This document shows, in pieces, positions 58,485 through 64,000 of a stretch of DNA of 64,000 bases. Location of the stretch: positions 165,449-229,448 of the forward strand of contig MFDN01000001.1 in NCBI GenBank assembly GCA_001776935.1. Reading direction: 5' to 3'. The notes beneath the pieces are model-generated. The model was not told where the DNA came from and searched no databases. It saw only the letters and a list, made by a program, of their open reading frames with translations. Each line of letters opens with the position of its first letter. Within the stretch, counting starts at the first letter, position 1. Origin of the DNA: Candidatus Daviesbacteria bacterium RIFCSPLOWO2_01_FULL_39_23. Lineage in GTDB: Bacteria; Patescibacteriota; Microgenomatia; Daviesbacterales; UBA10151. Position numbers and translations under genes: made by a program.

Positions 58485-59942
58485 ATGAGAGTGTTAAAAA
58501 TTTTTACAAGTCAATATTTTTGGTTACTGCTTATAGTTTTTTTTGGTCTTTTAGCGCGGCTTTATAAGATTGATTCCCCTATTGCTGATTGGCATTCCTG
58601 GAGACAGGCGGACACCGCGGCAGTCACCAGGAATTTTGTTAAAGAAGGTTTTAATCCTTTTATACCAAAATATGATGATATGTCCGGAGTTTCGGAAAAG
58701 CCTCTTGTTAATCCTAATACTTTCAGGTTTGTGGAATTTCCAATATATAATATAGCAACATATCCTTTTTATTTGCTTTTTGGAGTAGAAGATAGATTTT
58801 CCCGTTTAGTGTCTGTTCTGTTTTCTCTGGGAAGTATTGTTTTTCTATACCTGATAAGTAAAAGATATTTTGGGACTTTTGTATCACTTTTGACAGCGTT
58901 AATTTATGCTTTGTTGCCGTTTAATGTTTTTTTCTCAAGAACAATCTTGCCTGAACCTACTTTTTTGTTTTTTGCGCTGGGGATGATGTATTTTGTTGAT
59001 TTGTGGATTGGAAGCGGTAAAGGAGTTTGGGGAGTGTGGGGATTTATTTTTACTGCTTTAGCTTTTTTGATGAAACCATGGGCAATATTTTTTATACCCC
59101 CTATTTTATATTCTCTTTTTTCAAAATATGGCTTTAAAATTCCACATAAGTTTTTTCTGCTTATTTTAGCAATTGCGCCTTTTATATTTTGGAGGCTTTG
59201 GATTCTGCAGCAGCCGCAGGGCATACCTGCTTCAAGCTGGCTTATGAATTCGGATAATATCCGTTTTAGACCGGCCTTTTGGTGGTGGTTAATTTCGGAA
59301 AGGCTGGGAAGAGAAATTTTAGCTGTGCCGGGAGTGGTGCTTTTTGTTGTCGGATTATTAACAAAGCCCAAAAAAAGCTTTTTTATGCATGTTTGGCTTC
59401 TTTCGATGTTTTCATATTTTATAATTTTTGCAACCGGCAATATAAGGCATAATTATTACCAGTATATTTTTGTTCCGGTGGCGGCTGTTTTTTTCACTTT
59501 GGGATTTGTTAAATTAATTTCGGGAATCAGGGACTTTTTGCCAAGAATATGGACAATACCGTTGGCGTTTTTCTTTTTGATTTTGGCATTTTACTTTACC
59601 TGGTACCAGGTAAAGGGGTTTTATCAAATCAATAATCCGGTTATAATTGAGGCAGGCAAAGCGGCAGACAAGCTTTTGCCCAAGGATGCTGTTGTGGTGG
59701 CCCCATATAACGGCGATACTGCTTTTTTGTATCAGACAAACAGAAAAGGATGGCCGGTGACAGCCCTGCCTTTAAAAGAGCTGGCAACGGATTATGGTGC
59801 CACTCATTTTGTTTCCACCACGCATGATGATAAAACGAATTGGGTGATCCGCCACTTTCAGGTTTTAGAAAATAATCCCGGCTTTGTTATTGCTGATTTA
59901 ACAAAAGTTGTGAACTCTCTGGAAGGCGACCCGGAACCATAA
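58485..59942 (+). CDS. GT-C-like polytopic membrane glycosyltransferase with a C-terminal soluble domain.
   Basis: 485 aa. The first loop after TM1 carries HSWRQADTAAVTRNF. About 11 TM helices are followed by a soluble tail of about 110 aa. Confidence 0.5.
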   Translation: MRVLKIFTSQYFWLLLIVFFGLLARLYKIDSPIADWHSWRQADTAAVTRNFVKEGFNPFIPKYDDMSGVSEKPLVNPNTFRFVEFPIYNIATYPFYLLFGVEDRFSRLVSVLFSLGSIVFLYLISKRYFGTFVSLLTALIYALLPFNVFFSRTILPEPTFLFFALGMMYFVDLWIGSGKGVWGVWGFIFTALAFLMKPWAIFFIPPILYSLFSKYGFKIPHKFFLLILAIAPFIFWRLWILQQPQGIPASSWLMNSDNIRFRPAFWWWLISERLGREILAVPGVVLFVVGLLTKPKKSFFMHVWLLSMFSYFIIFATGNIRHNYYQYIFVPVAAVFFTLGFVKLISGIRDFLPRIWTIPLAFFFLILAFYFTWYQVKGFYQINNPVIIEAGKAADKLLPKDAVVVAPYNGDTAFLYQTNRKGWPVTALPLKELATDYGATHFVSTTHDDKTNWVIRHFQVLENNPGFVIADLTKVVNSLEGDPEP

Positions 59943-59952
59943 AGCTTTAATC

Positions 59953-61140
59953 ATGAAAGTACTCATGCTGACACCGTATCTTCCTTATCCGCTTTTGACC
60001 GGAGGGCAGACCAGATCGTTTAATTTAATTAAAAGACTGTCTGCTTTGGGACACAAGATCACTCTTTTTTGTTTGGTTAAAAGCAATAACGAAAGAAAGT
60101 ATGTAGGGGAGCTTGAAAAGTTTTGCGAGGAGGTTAAGGTGTTTAACCGGTCAGAAAAACCATGGACAGCAGGAAATATTTTAAGGACCGGTTTTTCTTT
60201 CTATCCTTTTTTAGTTGTCAGGAATTGGGCAAAAGGAGAAAAAAACGCTATTTCGGAAAAATTGAAAGAAGCAAAATTTGACTTAATTCATGCGGAAACT
60301 TTTTACGTTATGCCCCATATTCCAAAAACCCAAATACCGATCCTTTTGGTTGAGCAAACAATTGAATATTTGGTTTACCGGCATTTTGTGGATCAATTTA
60401 AGATACCAATGTTAAAACCGCTTTTATATACGGATGTTATAAAAATGAAATACTGGGAGCTTAAGTATTGGAAAATGGCTGCAAGGGTTGTTGCGATGTC
60501 TGATGAGGATAAAAAAACCATGATAAATGAAATTAGCGGACTTGATGTGGATATCGTACCCAACGGAGTGGACAGTGATTATTTTAACGAGTCGATCACT
60601 AAAAGATCTCGCTCGCCTATTGTTTTATATTTAGGAAACTTTACCTGGCTGCAAAACAGGGAAGCAGTTGAGGTTTTAATTAAAGAAGTATGGGGGAAAA
60701 TTAAGGAAAAGATGCCTGCGGCCAAGCTTTGGATTGTCGGCAAGGAAGCAAAGAGTTTTTTTGCAAATTTACAATCCGGAGATATTGAAGTTACAGAGGT
60801 TTTAGATGTGAGAGCTGTTTATCAAAAAGCATCTGTTTTAGTTGCGCCTATTTACGGCGGAGGCGGTACAAGATATAAGAATTTTGAGGCTTTTGCGTCC
60901 GGACTTCCTGTGGTCACCACTTCTATAGGTATAAGAGGAACAGATGCTCATGACGGCGGCGAAGTTATTATCAGGGATAAACCGGATGAGATTGCAGGCG
61001 CGGCCGTACGCTTATTAACCGATCAAATCCTGGCAAAAAAGATTGCGGAAAACGCAAGAAAAATGGTTAGGGAAAAATATGATTGGGATCCTATTGCCAG
61101 AAAGCTGAGCGAGGTTTACGAAGATCTCGGTAAAAAATGA
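59953..61140 (+). CDS. GT4-family (GT-B) glycosyltransferase.
   Basis: E-x7-E region GGGGTRYKNFEAFASGLPVV. 395 aa. Confidence 0.8.
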   Translation: MKVLMLTPYLPYPLLTGGQTRSFNLIKRLSALGHKITLFCLVKSNNERKYVGELEKFCEEVKVFNRSEKPWTAGNILRTGFSFYPFLVVRNWAKGEKNAISEKLKEAKFDLIHAETFYVMPHIPKTQIPILLVEQTIEYLVYRHFVDQFKIPMLKPLLYTDVIKMKYWELKYWKMAARVVAMSDEDKKTMINEISGLDVDIVPNGVDSDYFNESITKRSRSPIVLYLGNFTWLQNREAVEVLIKEVWGKIKEKMPAAKLWIVGKEAKSFFANLQSGDIEVTEVLDVRAVYQKASVLVAPIYGGGGTRYKNFEAFASGLPVVTTSIGIRGTDAHDGGEVIIRDKPDEIAGAAVRLLTDQILAKKIAENARKMVREKYDWDPIARKLSEVYEDLGKK

Positions 61141-62270
61141 ATAAACTAAAAATAATTATAGACGGCAGAATGTATCGGGAATCAGGGATAGGCAGGTATA
61201 TAAGGAATTTAATTTCCAAGCTTAAAATTATTGATAAGGAAAATGAATATTTTATTCTTCATCTAAAAAATGATTATGATAATTTGGAATATGGCGGTAA
61301 TTTTCATAAAGTGCTTGCTAATTTTCGGTGGTATGGAGTTGGGGAACAGCTCAGACTGCCAAAGCTTTTGAGTGAAATAAAGGCAGATTTAGTACACTTC
61401 CCTCATTTTAACGCACCGCTTTTTTACCGCGGGAAATATGTGGTAACAGTGCATGATTTGATCCACCAGAATTTTTCTATGCAAAGAGCAACTACTCACG
61501 GGCCAATCGTATATAAACTGAAAAAAATCGGCTATAAAAAAGTATTTAAAATGGCGTTGAAAAGATCAGTAAAAATCCTGGTGCCTTCGGATTTTGTTAA
61601 AGATCAATTAATAAAGGATTGGAGAGTTGATGATGATAAAGTTGAAGTGACGTATGAGGCGGTGGATGAGGGGATATTTAAAATTGTGCGTGCTTTGAAT
61701 AAAAATAAAATTAATAAAATTTTAGAAAAATTCGGTATTAAAGCCCCTTATATTTTCTATGTGGGAAATGCGCATCCGCATAAAAATGTGGAAGGGTTAA
61801 TTAAAGCGTTTCAAGACATAAGGGCAAAATACCCGGATCTTTTATTGGTGTTATCAGGGAATGATCATTACTTTTGGCAAAGGATTAAAAAAGAATTTCA
61901 GGATAAAAATATTATCTATACGGACTATGTTAGCGATGAGGAATTGGTGGGTCTTTATACAAATGCTTTGGCATTTGTATCACCGTCTTTGGAGGAAGGC
62001 TTTGGAATTCCTTTGCTTGAAGCTATGGCCTGCGGCTGTCCGGTAGTTTCTTCTGATGCGGGAAGTCTGCCGGAGGTTGGCGGAGATGCGGCTGTTTATT
62101 TTAACTCCAAGAGCATAGGCGATATGAGCGAAAAAATTTCTAAAATTTTGGATGATGCGGGGTTAAGAAAGAGCTTAAGAGATAAAGGACTAACAAGATG
62201 CGCTCAATTCAGTTGGCTGACGCTAGCGCAGAAGACTTTGGAGGTTTACGAAAAATGCGCGTTGCAATAG
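61137..62270 (+). CDS. GT4-family (GT-B) glycosyltransferase.
   Basis: E-x7-E region SPSLEEGFGIPLLEAMACGCPVV. There is a 4-nt overlap with the upstream gene. Confidence 0.8.
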   Translation: MNKLKIIIDGRMYRESGIGRYIRNLISKLKIIDKENEYFILHLKNDYDNLEYGGNFHKVLANFRWYGVGEQLRLPKLLSEIKADLVHFPHFNAPLFYRGKYVVTVHDLIHQNFSMQRATTHGPIVYKLKKIGYKKVFKMALKRSVKILVPSDFVKDQLIKDWRVDDDKVEVTYEAVDEGIFKIVRALNKNKINKILEKFGIKAPYIFYVGNAHPHKNVEGLIKAFQDIRAKYPDLLLVLSGNDHYFWQRIKKEFQDKNIIYTDYVSDEELVGLYTNALAFVSPSLEEGFGIPLLEAMACGCPVVSSDAGSLPEVGGDAAVYFNSKSIGDMSEKISKILDDAGLRKSLRDKGLTRCAQFSWLTLAQKTLEVYEKCALQ

Positions 62271-63271
62271 TTCATGATGATTTAGTTCAATGGGGAGGGG
62301 CAGAAAAGGTATTGCTGGGACTATCGGAAATTTATCCGGATGCTCCTATTTATACATCTGTGTATGATAGCGGCAATAAGCAGCTTACAGAGAAGTTCGG
62401 GTCAAAAAAAATAATTACCTCTTTTCTGCAGAAAATCCCCGGTTGGAAAATTCTATATAAGATGCTTTTACCTCTCTATCCTATGGTTTTTGAGCAGTTC
62501 GATTTCTCCCGATATGATTTAGTGATTTCCCACACCACCCGTTTTGCAAAATGCATAATAACCAAACCACAGACAAAACATATTTGTTATTGTCATACGC
62601 CGCCCAGATTTTTATGGCATTTTTCAGGTGTCGGCCGTTTCGGAATAGGCGAGATATTGCTATCCGGACTTAGGGCTTATGATCAGTTGTCGGCCCGGAG
62701 AGTGGATCATTTTATTGCAGGTTCAGAAAATGCCCGAAAAAGGATTAAGAAAATTTATGGGAAAGACTCAAAAGTTATTCATCCATTTGTTGATTTGAAA
62801 ATTTACCAAGATATTGAGGGTTTTGACGGCGGATATTATTTGATGATCGGCAGGCCAAAAAGCTACAAAAGATTTGAATTTGTAAAAGATTTTTGCAATA
62901 AAAGAGGGATACAGCTTAGGGTTATTTCCGGAGGGTGGGATGATGAAATGGTTGTTTGGATTTTGGCAGGCTGCAAAGCTTTAATAATACCCGGAATTGA
63001 GGACTTTGGATTAACCAGTCTGGAAGCGCAGGTTTTGGGCAAGCCGGTTGTGGCGTTTAAAGAAGGCGGGGCTTTAGAAACCGTGGTGCCATCTATTACG
63101 GGAGTTTTTTTTGAAAAATACTCAGAAGACAGTTTACAAAGTGCATTAATTAAGTTAAACTCCCTTAAAATAAATCCCAAAGACTGCAGGAAAAACGCAG
63201 AAAAATTCAGCAAGGATGAATTTATAAAAAATTTCAAGCAAGCAGTTGATAGTTTGTTGTACACTAAATAA
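62255..63271 (+). CDS. GT4-like (GT-B) glycosyltransferase.
   Basis: E-x7-E-like region IPGIEDFGLTSLEAQVLGKPVV. The ORF track start is 62198. The in-frame ATG at 62255 (MRVAIVHDD) reduces the overlap with the upstream GT4. Confidence 0.7.
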   Translation: MRVAIVHDDLVQWGGAEKVLLGLSEIYPDAPIYTSVYDSGNKQLTEKFGSKKIITSFLQKIPGWKILYKMLLPLYPMVFEQFDFSRYDLVISHTTRFAKCIITKPQTKHICYCHTPPRFLWHFSGVGRFGIGEILLSGLRAYDQLSARRVDHFIAGSENARKRIKKIYGKDSKVIHPFVDLKIYQDIEGFDGGYYLMIGRPKSYKRFEFVKDFCNKRGIQLRVISGGWDDEMVVWILAGCKALIIPGIEDFGLTSLEAQVLGKPVVAFKEGGALETVVPSITGVFFEKYSEDSLQSALIKLNSLKINPKDCRKNAEKFSKDEFIKNFKQAVDSLLYTK

Positions 63272-63915
63272 TGGATATTTTATCTATGCTTTATAATGTT
63301 TTAAAAAGGTTAGTGGATATTGGCGGGTCCCTTTTCGGATTAATTATTCTCTCTCCCCTGCTTTTTCTTGTTGCCTTGGCTATTAAACTGGATTCCGAGG
63401 GTCCGGTTATGGCAGATACTCCGGCCCGATCCGGTAAAGACGGCAAGCTTTTTAAAATCTATAAATTCCGCTCAATGGTGCAGAATGCACACGAGATTTT
63501 AGAGAAAAATCCTAAGCTTTTGGAAGAATATAAAAAAAACAGCTATAAAATATTTAATGATCCAAGAGTCACAAGAGTGGGAAAGTTTATTAGAAAATAC
63601 TCAATTGATGAATTTCCGCAATTTTTTAATATTTTAAAAGGCGATATGAGCTTGGTGGGACCGCGCGCATATTACCCGTATGAGCTTGAGGAGCAGCAGA
63701 AAAACTATCCCGCATCCAGGAAATATGTTAAGGTTATTTTATCCGGGAAACCGGGTTTAACAGGGGTCTGGCAGGTTACAGGAAGATCGGAAATAAATTT
63801 TGACAAAAGGGTTCAGATGGATGCAGATTATGTTAAAAGAAAATCTATTTTATACGATTTTTGGATTATGGCAAAAACAATACCGGCTGTAATATCGGGA
63901 AGGGGCGCGGTGTAA
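63271..63915 (+). CDS. Small PglC/WbaP-family polyprenyl-phosphate hexose-1-phosphate transferase (initiating phosphoglycosyltransferase).
   Basis: N-terminal re-entrant hydrophobic helix, then KFRSM, DEFPQFFNILKGDMSLVGPR and PGLTGVWQV. These are the bacterial sugar transferase (PF02397) signatures. 214 aa. Confidence 0.8.
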   Translation: MDILSMLYNVLKRLVDIGGSLFGLIILSPLLFLVALAIKLDSEGPVMADTPARSGKDGKLFKIYKFRSMVQNAHEILEKNPKLLEEYKKNSYKIFNDPRVTRVGKFIRKYSIDEFPQFFNILKGDMSLVGPRAYYPYELEEQQKNYPASRKYVKVILSGKPGLTGVWQVTGRSEINFDKRVQMDADYVKRKSILYDFWIMAKTIPAVISGRGAV

Positions 63916-64000
63916 TATGCTTACTAATTTAAACAGGAAGTTAGATTATAATAAAAAATATCTGAGGAAAACTTCAGGGAAGGGTAAAAAAAGATTAGTT

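Noticed and set aside
1-64000. Mobile genetic element, prophage, or CRISPR-Cas/defence island.
   Set aside because: I found no integrase, transposase, recombinase, phage structural genes, cas genes, restriction enzymes or repeat-spacer arrays in any frame. The gene content is uniformly glycan biosynthesis.
63917-64000. Possible start of a further gene (ATG at 63917, MLTNLNRKLDYNKKYLRKTSGKGKKRLV...) running off the window.
   Set aside because: Only about 28 codons are visible, there is no recognisable motif, and the frame cannot be distinguished from chance in AT-rich sequence.

Overview
This AT-rich, tightly packed 64 kb window is almost entirely a cell-surface glycan biosynthesis island. 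Many genes overlap by 1-16 nt (ATGA-type start/stop overlaps) and strand switches are frequent. Gene content and coding style resemble a small-genome, CPR/Patescibacteria-like bacterium; this is inference only.

From start to end the window contains:

- (a) An edge-truncated ThDP (TPP) enzyme of the acetolactate-synthase family, on the minus strand at 1..1700. The ORF track missed it because its stop codon lies outside the window.
- (b) A sugar acetamidino-forming trio (WbuX/WbpG-like amidotransferase plus HisH- and HisF-like subunits), an SDR, a CMP-nonulosonate synthetase, a VOC-family protein and a MocA oxidoreductase, on the minus strand at 2213..7760.
- (c) A divergent plus-strand nonulosonic acid (NulO) operon at 7801..13916: NeuB-like synthase, formyltransferase, NeuC-like hydrolysing 2-epimerase, PIG-L deacetylase, LbH acetyltransferase, DegT aminotransferase and a PseB/FlaA1-like 4,6-dehydratase.
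- (d) Further sugar-tailoring and export genes: GalE-like epimerase, AsnB-like amidotransferase, GtrB/DPM1-like polyprenyl-phosphate glycosyltransferase, Wzx-like flippase, methyltransferases, a GT11 fucosyltransferase-like gene, a WbpB/WbpE-like 3-amino sugar pair, a Glf-like flavoenzyme, and a Wzm/Wzt(TagGH)-like ABC exporter.
- (e) A phosphonate cassette at 24535..29468: a Fom1-like cytidylyltransferase-PEP mutase fusion carrying the PepM-specific EDKX5NS motif, phosphonopyruvate decarboxylase, a group-III iron alcohol dehydrogenase, and a TagF-family glycerophosphotransferase-like enzyme. I predict this makes CMP-2-hydroxyethylphosphonate and installs or polymerises it on a glycopolymer.
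- (f) At least ten polytopic GT-C-like membrane proteins in a large array, including an ArnT/PMT-like one and a tandem paralog pair. With them sit two DPM1-like lipid-sugar synthases, six GT4 and three GT2 glycosyltransferases, a Wzy_C/O-antigen-ligase-like protein and a PglC-like initiating phosphoglycosyltransferase.

No rRNA, tRNA, CRISPR array, transposase or integrase was recognisable. A GC-rich hairpin cluster at about 29431..29556 sits between convergent genes and looks like a bidirectional terminator.
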